A stretch of DNA of 64,000 nt, from the NCBI GenBank assembly GCA_965279525.1, contig CBDIIB010000004.1, positions 1,216,001-1,280,000 on the forward strand, written 5' to 3'. This DNA is from Tagaea sp. (GTDB lineage: Bacteria > Pseudomonadota > Alphaproteobacteria > CACIAM-22H2). Shown here one piece after another: positions 9,705-18,629 of the stretch. Both the position numbers and the translations under genes were made by a program. Under the pieces are notes generated by a model. That model had not been told where the DNA came from. It did no database searches and worked only from the letters and a program-made list of their open reading frames with translations. Every line of letters begins with the position of its first letter. The stretch's first letter is position 1.

Positions 9705-10592
9705 ATGTCCTGCCCGATCGGCATCAACCCGCTGACCTGGACCAACGACGACATGCCGGAGCTCGGCGGCGAGACGCCGCTTGCGACCTGCCTTTCGGAA
9801 GCCAAGCGCGCCGGCTACGACGGCGTCGAGCTCGGCAACAAGTTCCCGCGCGAAGCCGCCAAGCTCGCGCCGATCATGGCGGCGCATGGCCTACGCATCG
9901 CGTCCGGCTGGTACAGCGGCAACCTGCTGACCCGCGACGTCGACGCCGAGATGGCGGCGATGCGTCCGCATCTGGAGCTGCTGCTGGCGATGGGTTGCAA
10001 GGCGATGGTGTTCGCCGAGACGACCGGCTGCGTGCACGGCAACAAAAAAGCGAAGCTCGCCGCACGCCGCAAGCTGTCGGACGGCGAGATGCGCACGCTG
10101 GGCATCCGGATGACCGAACTCGGCACGCTTATGGAAGCGCGCGGCATCAAGCTCGCTTACCACCACCACATGGGCACGGTGATCGAGACCGAAGCGGAGG
10201 TCGACGCGCTGATGGCAGCGACCGGGCCGTCGGTTGGCCTGCTGCTCGATACGGGGCACCTCACCTATGCCGGCGGCGATCCGCTGGCGGTCGCCAAGCG
10301 CCACGGCCGGCGCATCGCGCATGTCCACTGCAAGGACATCCGTGCCTCTCTGCTGGCGGAAGCCAAGGCGAAGGACCTGAGCTTCCTCGACGCGGTGCTG
10401 AGCGGCGTGTTCACCGTGCCGGGCGATGGCGCTGTCGACTACCCGCCGATCTTCGCCGAACTCAAGCGGCTCAAATACGCGGGCTGGCTCGTCGTCGAGG
10501 CCGAACAGGACCCGGCCAAGGCGCATCCGCTGACTTACGCGAAAATGGGCAACGACTATCTGCGCGCCGAGACGGCCAAGATCGGCCTCTGA
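9705..10592 (+). CDS. iolE: myo-inosose-2 dehydratase
   Basis: NPLTWTNDD, ELGNKFP, YHHHMGT, DTGH, HCKD and VEAEQDP motifs. Confidence 0.95.
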   Translation: MSCPIGINPLTWTNDDMPELGGETPLATCLSEAKRAGYDGVELGNKFPREAAKLAPIMAAHGLRIASGWYSGNLLTRDVDAEMAAMRPHLELLLAMGCKAMVFAETTGCVHGNKKAKLAARRKLSDGEMRTLGIRMTELGTLMEARGIKLAYHHHMGTVIETEAEVDALMAATGPSVGLLLDTGHLTYAGGDPLAVAKRHGRRIAHVHCKDIRASLLAEAKAKDLSFLDAVLSGVFTVPGDGAVDYPPIFAELKRLKYAGWLVVEAEQDPAKAHPLTYAKMGNDYLRAETAKIGL

Positions 10593-10599
10593 CGGCGTT

Positions 10600-12036
10600 T
10601 CACGCCCGCACGTGATTCCAGAACGTCGCGGGCGTATCGAGCATCGCGCGGATGCCGAGCCGGTCGATCATCCGGTCAGTCTCGCGCTGCGCTTCGTCGA
10701 GGATCTGGTCCTCGTCGACCAGCATCGCCGTGCGGTTCTCGAGCGCCACGACGCCGTCGACGATGACGGTGTCGACGTCGTTGCCGTTGGCGAAGTTGAC
10801 GATGCGGCTCGCCGGCATGTTCGCCGGATAGAGATGCGGGCGGCGAAGATCGACGATCGTCACGTCGGCCTTCTTGCCCGGTTCCAGCGATCCGATCTCG
10901 GATTCCAGCCCCAGCGCCTTCGCACCGTCGATCGTGCACATCTCCAGGACGCGCCCCGGCGGCAGCCAGCCCGCGTCGCGGAAATGCCGCCGGTGATAAT
11001 GCATGCATTGCTGCATGTGGCGGAACATGTCGGCCGACCTGTCCGGTGCCGTGCCGTCCGAGCCCAGTGCGACGACCACCCCGAGCTGGATAAGCTCCGT
11101 CACCGGACAGCGGCCCATCACCGACGCGATGGCGCTGGGGTTGTGCGCGATGCGGCTGCCGGTTTCGGCGCAGATGCGGATCTCCTCGTCGGTCAGGTCG
11201 GTCGCGTGCGACAGCAGCATGTCGGGCCCGAGCAGGCCGTGCTTGTGCGCGAAGGCGACGCTGCCTTTGGTGTGGCCGTCCTGCGTGAAGATCGTGCCGC
11301 GCTCGCGGCCAAGCGCTCGCATCGCTTTCGACTGTGCCACCGCCTCGTCGACGAGGGCGGCCGGCTGGTCGCGCAGATGCTCTTCGCGCACCGTGGGCGT
11401 GATCAGCGCGATGCGGATACGGTTGCCGTGCGTCGCGTGCCATCCGTCGATCAGCGTGCGACAGGTGGCAAGCTGGTCGTCGAACGAGACGGCGTACTCG
11501 CGCTTCGATCCTTCTTTCCAGCTCGCATAGGTGCGCGGGAACGGCGGCCGCGTGGCGCCGACCGCGACGACCGAGCGCGTGCCGACCGACACCACGCCGG
11601 CACAATGGGCGGCCCCGTAGGCCGGATCGTCCGTGCGCAGGATCGTGTCGCCGCCACCGAGCAGCGACACGCCAGTCGTCACGCCGAAGCGCAGCCGTTC
11701 GAGTGCCGCCAGCCGCGATTCCGCGTACCAGAAATCCTCGGTCGAGCCGACCGTGTAGGCGAGCTCGCAGGCGTCGTGCCACAGGTCGGACCGGCCGCCG
11801 CCCATCGTCTTGATCAACCCGTGGCCCGCATGCGCGTGCGCGTCGATCAGGCCCGGCAGCACGGCCTTGCCGCGCGCGTCGATGGTTCGTCTGGCGTCGT
11901 GACGGCCGGGGATCGTCTCCAGCGGACCGACGGCGACAATGCGGTCGCCCGCGATGGCGACGGCGCCGTTCTCGATGACGCGGCGTGCCGGATCCACGGC
12001 GATCACGGTTCCGTTGGCGATGAGCAGGTCGATCAC
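10600..12036 (-). CDS. metal-dependent amidohydrolase (SsnA/AtzA/MtaD-like superfamily)
   Basis: PGLIDAHAH (HxH), LSHAT, HNPSA, LGSDG and GSLEPGKKAD motifs. Confidence 0.85.
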   Translation of the reverse strand: MIDLLIANGTVIAVDPARRVIENGAVAIAGDRIVAVGPLETIPGRHDARRTIDARGKAVLPGLIDAHAHAGHGLIKTMGGGRSDLWHDACELAYTVGSTEDFWYAESRLAALERLRFGVTTGVSLLGGGDTILRTDDPAYGAAHCAGVVSVGTRSVVAVGATRPPFPRTYASWKEGSKREYAVSFDDQLATCRTLIDGWHATHGNRIRIALITPTVREEHLRDQPAALVDEAVAQSKAMRALGRERGTIFTQDGHTKGSVAFAHKHGLLGPDMLLSHATDLTDEEIRICAETGSRIAHNPSAIASVMGRCPVTELIQLGVVVALGSDGTAPDRSADMFRHMQQCMHYHRRHFRDAGWLPPGRVLEMCTIDGAKALGLESEIGSLEPGKKADVTIVDLRRPHLYPANMPASRIVNFANGNDVDTVIVDGVVALENRTAMLVDEDQILDEAQRETDRMIDRLGIRAMLDTPATFWNHVRA

Positions 12037-12107
12037 GTCGCTGTTTTCCTTCCCGTCGCTTCGATCCGGTCTTCAAATGGGGGCCGATTGGGCTAGACTT
12101 GTCAAGC

Positions 12108-12848
12108 ATGCGCCTGCTCCTCATCAACCCGAACACGTCGGCCTCGATCACCGATCTGGTGGCGCGTCGCGCGCGCGAAGTCGCACCGGCCGGCACCGAG
12201 TTCGACGTCGTCACGGCACGCTTCGGGCCGCGCTATATCGGCTCGCGCGCCGGGTCGGCGATCGCCGCGCACGCGGCCCTCGACGCCTTCGCCGCCTCCT
12301 GGCGGCCCGTCCACGCCGGCGTGCTTCTCGCCTGTTTCGGCGATCCGGGCCTCGACGCGCTGGGCGAAGTCTCGCCGGTCCCGGTCACCGGCATGGCGGC
12401 TGCGTCGATGCGGATCGCGGCCGGGCGCGCAAAGCGCGTCGGCATGCTGACCGGCGGCGAACGCTGGGTCCCGATGCTGAAGGAGTTCGTTGCCGGTCTG
12501 GGGCTTGGCGACAGTCTCGCCTGCGTGCGCGCGGTTTCCGCAACCGGCGCGCAGATCGCCTCCGATCCCGAATCCGCCTTCGGCGAACTCGCCGCCCAGG
12601 CGAATGCCGCCGCAAGCGAAGACGGCGCCGAGATCGTGATTCTCGGTGGTGCCGGCCTGACCGGACTCGTCCCCGCACTGCAACATCGCGTCCGGGTGCC
12701 GTTGCTGGACTCGCTTGAATGCGCGGTCGAGCATCTGGTGCATCTTGCAAATGCACCGCTCGCCCGAAGCACCGCACCGCCACCGGTCGAGACGATCGGC
12801 CTCGGCGCGGACCTCGCCCGGCTTCTGGACGGCGAGCTCAAAGCCTAG
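12108..12848 (+). CDS. Asp/Glu/hydantoin racemase family protein
   Basis: INPNTS and ACFGDPG motifs. The second site reads LGGAGL rather than LGCAG. Confidence 0.85.
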   Translation: MRLLLINPNTSASITDLVARRAREVAPAGTEFDVVTARFGPRYIGSRAGSAIAAHAALDAFAASWRPVHAGVLLACFGDPGLDALGEVSPVPVTGMAAASMRIAAGRAKRVGMLTGGERWVPMLKEFVAGLGLGDSLACVRAVSATGAQIASDPESAFGELAAQANAAASEDGAEIVILGGAGLTGLVPALQHRVRVPLLDSLECAVEHLVHLANAPLARSTAPPPVETIGLGADLARLLDGELKA

Positions 12849-12933
12849 CGGCAACACGAGCGGGCTTGTCCACGGCGGGCAACCCGGCGCATTCTGCGGT
12901 GCCGGTGGCCCCCGCCCCCATTTTGGAGAAATC

Positions 12934-13875
12934 GTGCATCCCCCGCCGTTCCAGCTGATCGACCGGCTGCGGTCGGGTTTCTCGCGCATGCCGCCCGACC
13001 TTGCCGCTTCCCTGCTCATGATCCTGGCGCTCATCACGTTCACGATGACGGGCGTGGTGATCCGCCATGCGGCCGAATCCCTGCCGATCCTCCAGATCCT
13101 GTTCCTGCGCCAGCTCATGGCGACGGCCATCATGGCGCCGCTCTACTGGCGGCACCGCAACCAGATCCTTCATCCCGACGGCATGCGCCTCCACGCGCTG
13201 CGCGGATTGGCCGCTGTCGTGTCGATGATCTGCGGGAACGCGGCGGTCATCCACATCCCGTTCGCCGACGTCACGGCCATCCAGATGTCGGAGGTGCTTT
13301 TCATAACCGCACTGGCCGCGATGTTCCTCGGCGAGAAGGTCGCCTGGCGCCGGTGGACGGCGACGGCCGTGGGCTTCATCGGGGTCGTGGTGATGATCCG
13401 GCCGTTCTCGGGTGCCGTCGAGGTCTTCGCGCTCGTGGCGTTGTTCGGCTCGATCTTCGGCGCGATCTCCGTCGCCACGCTGCGTTTCGGGTCGCGTCTC
13501 GATACGGCCGAAACCGTCATCTTCTACCAGAGCGTCGTCATACTTGCCTGCCTGACGCCGCTCGCATGGTGGGTCTGGGTTCCGCCATCCGCCGGGTCCG
13601 TCGCGGTCGTCGCGGCGATGAGCGTGCTGCTTGCCGTCGGTACATGGCTGTTCACGACCGCCTTCCGCACCGGAAACGCGTCGTCCATCGCACCCTTGCA
13701 GTATCTGCGCTTGCTGATGATGGCGGCCGTCGGCTACTGGCTCTATGACGAGACGCCGAGCCTGGAAACGACATTGGGTGCCGCTCTCGTCGTCGGCGCC
13801 GCCATCTATACGCTGCACCGCAATGCCGTACGCCAGTCGAAGGTCGCACCGGCCCGCCCCGACGGGCCCGTCTGA
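12934..13875 (+). CDS. DMT/EamA family transporter
   Basis: About 10 hydrophobic segments; FLGEKVAWRRW and IAPLQY motifs. GTG start after a GGAGA RBS. Confidence 0.85.
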   Translation: MHPPPFQLIDRLRSGFSRMPPDLAASLLMILALITFTMTGVVIRHAAESLPILQILFLRQLMATAIMAPLYWRHRNQILHPDGMRLHALRGLAAVVSMICGNAAVIHIPFADVTAIQMSEVLFITALAAMFLGEKVAWRRWTATAVGFIGVVVMIRPFSGAVEVFALVALFGSIFGAISVATLRFGSRLDTAETVIFYQSVVILACLTPLAWWVWVPPSAGSVAVVAAMSVLLAVGTWLFTTAFRTGNASSIAPLQYLRLLMMAAVGYWLYDETPSLETTLGAALVVGAAIYTLHRNAVRQSKVAPARPDGPV

Positions 13876-13944
13876 CGCGGCGCTTTGCGGCGGTCGCGCG
13901 CAATGCTAATCCGTAAGGCAGAACGGATTGCGCAGGAGAATGCG

Positions 13945-14406
13945 ATGTCGGCCGAAGCAAAACTCAAGGAACTCGGGATCGTGCTGCCGGACGTGCCGGC
14001 GCCGGTCGCCAACTACGTGCCCTTCCGGCTCCATCGCGACACGCTCTATTTGTCCGGCCAGGGTCCGCGCCAGCCGGGCGGCGGCTACAGCACGGGACTC
14101 GTCGGCAAGGACGTCGACATCGCGCGCGCCTACCAGGATGCGCGAACCGTCGGTCTTGGCCTGCTTGCTGTCGCGCATCGCGCACTCGGCAGCCTCGATC
14201 GGGTCGACTATGTCGTGAAGCTGCTCGGCATGGTCAACGGCGCCCCCGGCTTCGGCGACCAGCCCAAGGTGATCAACGGCTGCTCGGACCTGCTCGTCGA
14301 GATCTTCGGCGATGCCGGCCGGCACGCGCGTTCCGCCGTCGGCATGGGCAGCCTGCCCAACAACATGACTGTCGAGATCGAGGCGATCCTCGCGGTCAAG
14401 CCTTAG
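13945..14406 (+). CDS. RidA/YjgF family protein (Rid1-like imine deaminase)
   Basis: PVANYVP, LSGQGP, INGCSDL, GRHARSAVG (active-site Arg) and VEIEA motifs. Confidence 0.9.
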   Translation: MSAEAKLKELGIVLPDVPAPVANYVPFRLHRDTLYLSGQGPRQPGGGYSTGLVGKDVDIARAYQDARTVGLGLLAVAHRALGSLDRVDYVVKLLGMVNGAPGFGDQPKVINGCSDLLVEIFGDAGRHARSAVGMGSLPNNMTVEIEAILAVKP

Positions 14407-15358
14407 GCGGATCGTAGACCTTCACGACCGGCTCGCCGATCCCCTTGCGCGACGTGACGAGATCGTAGGCCCAGGGCTGGCGGTGGCGTTCGAAGTTGAA
14501 CGTCGTGCGCCGGTAGCTCGCTCCGGCATCGAGATCGCAGCTCGCCACGGCCAGTTCGTCGCCGTCGCTGCGGCACGCCGCCACCGTGACGCCGCTGGGC
14601 GCCACGATCTGGCTGCCGGCGATCGACGGCACGCCTTCTTCCGTCCCGCCCTTGGCCACGCCGACGACCCACAGCGCGTTCTGGTAGGCGCCCGATTGCA
14701 TGACCAGCGTGTTGTGGAACAGGGCCAGATCGTCGTGGTCGGGGGCCGGCGGGTTGTGGACGGGCGTGTTGTAGCCCAGCAGCACCATCTCGGCCCCCTG
14801 CAGGGCCAGCGTGCGGTACGTCTCCGGCCAGCGCCGATCGTTGCAGATGCACATCCCGATCTTGGTGCCAAAGGCGTTGAAGACGCGGAAACCGTAATTG
14901 CCGATGTCGAAATACCGCTTCTCTAGATGCTGGAAGCGCCGCCACGGCTCGTGCGCGTCGTGTCCGGGCAAATGCACCTTGCGGTACTTGCCGACAATCT
15001 CGCCGGACTTCTCGACGAGGATCGCGGCGTTGAAGCGCTTCGTCTTGCCCTCTTCCTGCGTAAGCTCCGCATAGCCGAGGCAGAAGCCGAGCCCGAGACG
15101 CTTGGCTTCCTCGAAAAGCGGGCGCGTGGCGGGTCCGGGCATCTCGGCTTCGAAGAAGGCGTCGATCTCCGCCTGGTCGTCGAAATGCCAGCGCGGGAAG
15201 AATGTCGTCAGCGCCAGTTCCGGAAAGACCGCCAGATCGCAGCCCATCCGCTTCGCCTCGCGCAGATGCACGATCAGGCGTTCGACGACCTGGCTGCGGG
15301 TTTCGGTGCGGGCGATGGGGCCGAGCTGGGCGGCGGCGACGGTCAGATGGCGCGGCAT
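14396..15358 (-). CDS. N-carbamoyl-D-amino acid amidohydrolase (nitrilase superfamily)
   Basis: Glu-Lys-Cys triad in FPELALTTFFPRW, YRKVHLPGH and ICNDRRWPE; also HLEKRYF and GYNTP. Confidence 0.9.
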   Translation of the reverse strand: MPRHLTVAAAQLGPIARTETRSQVVERLIVHLREAKRMGCDLAVFPELALTTFFPRWHFDDQAEIDAFFEAEMPGPATRPLFEEAKRLGLGFCLGYAELTQEEGKTKRFNAAILVEKSGEIVGKYRKVHLPGHDAHEPWRRFQHLEKRYFDIGNYGFRVFNAFGTKIGMCICNDRRWPETYRTLALQGAEMVLLGYNTPVHNPPAPDHDDLALFHNTLVMQSGAYQNALWVVGVAKGGTEEGVPSIAGSQIVAPSGVTVAACRSDGDELAVASCDLDAGASYRRTTFNFERHRQPWAYDLVTSRKGIGEPVVKVYDPPKA

Positions 15359-15369
15359 GGCGGGTTCCT

Positions 15370-16593
15370 TCAGGCGGCGAGTTCGAGGACAACGTCGAGC
15401 AGCACTTTGGCGCCGGCGTCGATGTCGGCCGGATCAGTGTGTTCGGCGACGTTATGCGAGAGGCCCTTGGCGCTGGGCACGAAGATCATGCCGGTCGGGC
15501 AGACGCGCGCGAACATCTGCGCGTCGTGCCCGGCGCCCGAAGGCATCCGCCGGCAGCTGAAGCCGCGGGCGGCAGCACGTGCTGCGACCAGATCGACGAT
15601 TCCGTCGGCAAACGTGACCGGCTCGAAGCGCGCGAGCACGCGCTTCTCGACGCCGATCTGCTCTGCCGCACAGATGTTTTCGATCAGGGCCGCGGCTTCC
15701 GCTTCGGCCGCGCGCAGGACGGTTTCATCGGTATTGCGCAGATCGACCGTGAATGTCGCGCGCGATGCGACGACGTTGATCAAGTTGGGAACCAGCTCGA
15801 TCCGGCCGACGGTGCCGACCTGATCGCCGCCGAAGCGACGCACGAGATCGCGGATGCCGCTTGCGACCGCCATCGCGGCGTAGCCCGCATCGCGGCGCAG
15901 GCGCATCGGCGTCGTGCCCGCATGATTGGACACGCCGCTGAACGCGTACTCCGCCCAGGAGATGCCCTGCACGCCGGTAACCGCCCCGATCGTCAGGCCC
16001 TCGGCCTCAAGGATGGGTCCCTGCTCGATATGCAGTTCGACGAAGGCGTACGGGCGCGCGAAGCCGGGGGCTTTGTCGCCCAGATAGCCGATGCGGGCAA
16101 GCTCCTCGCCCAGCACCTTGCCGTCGATCGCGCGTGCGGCGTGCGCTTCGGCAAGCGGCATGCCGCCGACATAGACGAGGCTGCCGAGCATGTCGGGCTG
16201 GAAGCGTGCCCCCTCCTCGTTCGTGAAGAAGGCGACCGCGAGGGGCCGGCGCGTGCGCAGGCCGGCGCGGTCCAGTGCTGCGCACAGTTCGAGACCGGCA
16301 AGCACGCCCAGATTCCCGTCGTAGCGCCCGCCGGTGCGCACCGTGTCGATGTGCGATCCGATCATCACCGGCTCGATGTCCGCGGAACCCGCCCGCACGC
16401 CGACGACGTTGCCGATTGCATCGGTGCCGACATCGAGGCCGAGTTCGCGCATCCAGCCGACGACGAGATCCCGGCCCGCCTTGTCCTCGTCCGTCAGCGC
16501 AAGACGCGCGTTGCCGCCGCCCGGAATGCCGCCGACCGCACCGAGCCGCACAAGCCGGTCGAGAAGCGATGCGGTATCGATTTCGACGGGCAT
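15370..16593 (-). CDS. Zn-dependent M20 hydrolase (N-carbamoyl-L-amino acid / allantoate amidohydrolase family)
   Basis: GSHIDTV, YDGNLG, NEEGARF, ELHIEQGP, NHAGTTPM and SGAGHDA motifs. Confidence 0.9.
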   Translation of the reverse strand: MPVEIDTASLLDRLVRLGAVGGIPGGGNARLALTDEDKAGRDLVVGWMRELGLDVGTDAIGNVVGVRAGSADIEPVMIGSHIDTVRTGGRYDGNLGVLAGLELCAALDRAGLRTRRPLAVAFFTNEEGARFQPDMLGSLVYVGGMPLAEAHAARAIDGKVLGEELARIGYLGDKAPGFARPYAFVELHIEQGPILEAEGLTIGAVTGVQGISWAEYAFSGVSNHAGTTPMRLRRDAGYAAMAVASGIRDLVRRFGGDQVGTVGRIELVPNLINVVASRATFTVDLRNTDETVLRAAEAEAAALIENICAAEQIGVEKRVLARFEPVTFADGIVDLVAARAAARGFSCRRMPSGAGHDAQMFARVCPTGMIFVPSAKGLSHNVAEHTDPADIDAGAKVLLDVVLELAA

Positions 16594-16656
16594 GAAACTC
16601 CGCTGGCGGACGCGCGATTGACGCCCCTACAATCGAAGAAAGGGCGGAGGAATGCA

Positions 16657-17433
16657 ATGGTCCCGGGTCAGATCGAAGTCGAGTGGGCGCGCCTGAAATC
16701 TGCGGATCTGCGCGCGCTTGCCGCGCGCGACGCGATCGTGATCGTGCCGGTCGCGTCGACCGAGCAGCACGGCCCGCATCTGCCCACGTCGGTCGACACG
16801 ATGATCGTGGGCGAAGTGGCGCGCCGTGCCGCGCGCCGGATCGCGGCGTCCCATTCTATTGTCGTCGCACCGACCCTCTGGTGCGGCCTTGCCGAGCACC
16901 ATCTGGCTTTTGGCGGCACGTTCTCGTTCAGCTTTCCGACGTATCTTGCGGTTCTGCGCGATCTCGTGTCGTCGCTGAAGCGGCAGGGATTCCGGCGCAT
17001 CGTGCTGTTCAACGGGCATGGCGGCAACATCGCCGGGCTCGACACCGTCGCGACCGAACTGACGCGCGATCTCGGCGTGCCGGTTGCCGTCGGCAGCTAC
17101 TGGCTCGCACTCGGCGGGGAGATGGCGGCGGTCCTCGAGGACCAGACGACCGTCCTGCATGCCTGCGAGGCCGAAACGTCGATGATGCTGGCGATCGCAC
17201 CGGAGCTTGTCGACGCAAGCCGGCTTGCCGAAGCCCGCGGGCCCGCCGATCTCGACGAAAGCGTCTTTGCACGCCAGCCCAAGCGCTGGCATTCCTTCGC
17301 CGACCTCACGCCCAACGGCACGATCGGCAATCCGACGCGCGCCACGGCCGCGAAAGGCGAGAAGCTGCTGGAGATTGCCGCGGCCGAGCTTGCGGCACGG
17401 CTTTCCGACGGCAAGCTCTGGCCGCAGGCCTAG
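16657..17433 (+). CDS. creatininase family amidohydrolase
   Basis: EQHGPHLP..D, NGHGGN and HACEAETS motifs. Start MVPGQ after a GGAGG RBS. Confidence 0.9.
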   Translation: MVPGQIEVEWARLKSADLRALAARDAIVIVPVASTEQHGPHLPTSVDTMIVGEVARRAARRIAASHSIVVAPTLWCGLAEHHLAFGGTFSFSFPTYLAVLRDLVSSLKRQGFRRIVLFNGHGGNIAGLDTVATELTRDLGVPVAVGSYWLALGGEMAAVLEDQTTVLHACEAETSMMLAIAPELVDASRLAEARGPADLDESVFARQPKRWHSFADLTPNGTIGNPTRATAAKGEKLLEIAAAELAARLSDGKLWPQA

Positions 17434-18551
17434 CCGGCGACGATCTTCCGGTAGAGTTCGGGGTCCGTATCGCCCTCGCTGCCGAACAGCAGCACGCGCG
17501 CGTTCGCGTCCAGTCCGAGCGCGCGCGCCAGATCGGGTCGGGCCGCGGCACCCAGAAGCCCGGCCATGCCGGCAACGGCGGACTCGCCGGCGACGATCTG
17601 TGGGGCCAGCAGGCGCATGCAGGCGAACGCGGCCTGATCGGTGACGGTCATGAAATCGCCCGCCCCTTCCTCGAGAATGTCCCAGGCAAGCAGCGAGGTT
17701 TCGCCGCAAGCGAGGCCCGCCATCGCCGTGTCGAGCGCCCCGCCGATATTCGCGGCATGCCCGACGCGCGCACTCTCGAACAGGCAGGCGGCCCGGTCCG
17801 GCTCGACGACGACCGTGCGCGGACGGCGATCGCCGAGTGTTTCCCAAAGATGGCCGCAGACGGCCGCCGCGAGGCCGCCGACGCCCGCCTGGATGAAAAC
17901 ATGCGTCGGCGGGGCTCCCATCTGTGCGAGCGCCTCGTCGGCCATGATCGCGTACCCTTGCATCACGTCGCGCGGTATTTCGGTGTAGCCGGGATAGGAC
18001 GTGTCGGAGACGACGATCCAGCCGTTTGCCGCGGCGTCGCGCGCGGCCTGGCGCACCGCATCGTCGTAGGTTCCGGGAACGCGCCGGATTTCCGCGCCAT
18101 AGGCCGCGATCGCGTCGGCACGGCCCTGGCTGACCGTCTCGTGGATATAGATCACGCATTTGCAGCCGAAACGCCTGGCGCCCCACGCGACCGAGCGGCC
18201 GTGATTGCCGTCGGTCGCACAGGTCACGACGATCTCACCGGCCGGCCGGGCCGCCGCCCGCAGCTGGCGCAGGACGGCGTAGGCCCCACCCAGCGCCTTG
18301 AAACTGCCGAGCCCGAAGCGCGTGCTTTCATCCTTGTAGAAGACCTTCGCCACGCCGGCCATGCGGGCGACCGCATCGAGCGATACGAGGCGCGTGGGAG
18401 CATAGCCGGGCCAGCTTGCGATCTCGGCGCGTGCGGTCTCGAAAGCCCCCCGGTCGAGGACTGTACGCTGGCGCGCACCGTATGGTCCGCCATGCGCCTT
18501 CGGGTTCGAGTGATGCGCGACGGGGAATCTGAGCCAGGATTCTTCGTGCAA
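17430..18551 (-). CDS. dpaL: diaminopropionate ammonia-lyase (PLP)
   Basis: KDESTRFGLGSFKALGG (PLP Lys), ATDGNHG, SDTSYPGY, QAGVGG, TAMAGLACGE and SEGDTD motifs. TTG start. Confidence 0.88.
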   Translation of the reverse strand: MHEESWLRFPVAHHSNPKAHGGPYGARQRTVLDRGAFETARAEIASWPGYAPTRLVSLDAVARMAGVAKVFYKDESTRFGLGSFKALGGAYAVLRQLRAAARPAGEIVVTCATDGNHGRSVAWGARRFGCKCVIYIHETVSQGRADAIAAYGAEIRRVPGTYDDAVRQAARDAAANGWIVVSDTSYPGYTEIPRDVMQGYAIMADEALAQMGAPPTHVFIQAGVGGLAAAVCGHLWETLGDRRPRTVVVEPDRAACLFESARVGHAANIGGALDTAMAGLACGETSLLAWDILEEGAGDFMTVTDQAAFACMRLLAPQIVAGESAVAGMAGLLGAAARPDLARALGLDANARVLLFGSEGDTDPELYRKIVAG

Positions 18552-18629
18552 GCTGTCGGCCCCCCTGGAAAATGGTCTATTCTGAAGCTAGCGCGGGAAC
18601 GCGCATCATCTGAAGGGGGAAATGCAAGC

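Noticed and set aside
6926-10615. 1229-aa plus-strand ORF
   Set aside because: Arg/Pro/Gly-rich shadow frame overlapping iolG (antisense) and iolDE (alternate frame). It has no domain motifs and is typical of high-GC DNA.
15202-17433. 743-aa ORF
   Set aside because: The real creatininase starts at 16657. The extension is antisense to the M20 hydrolase.
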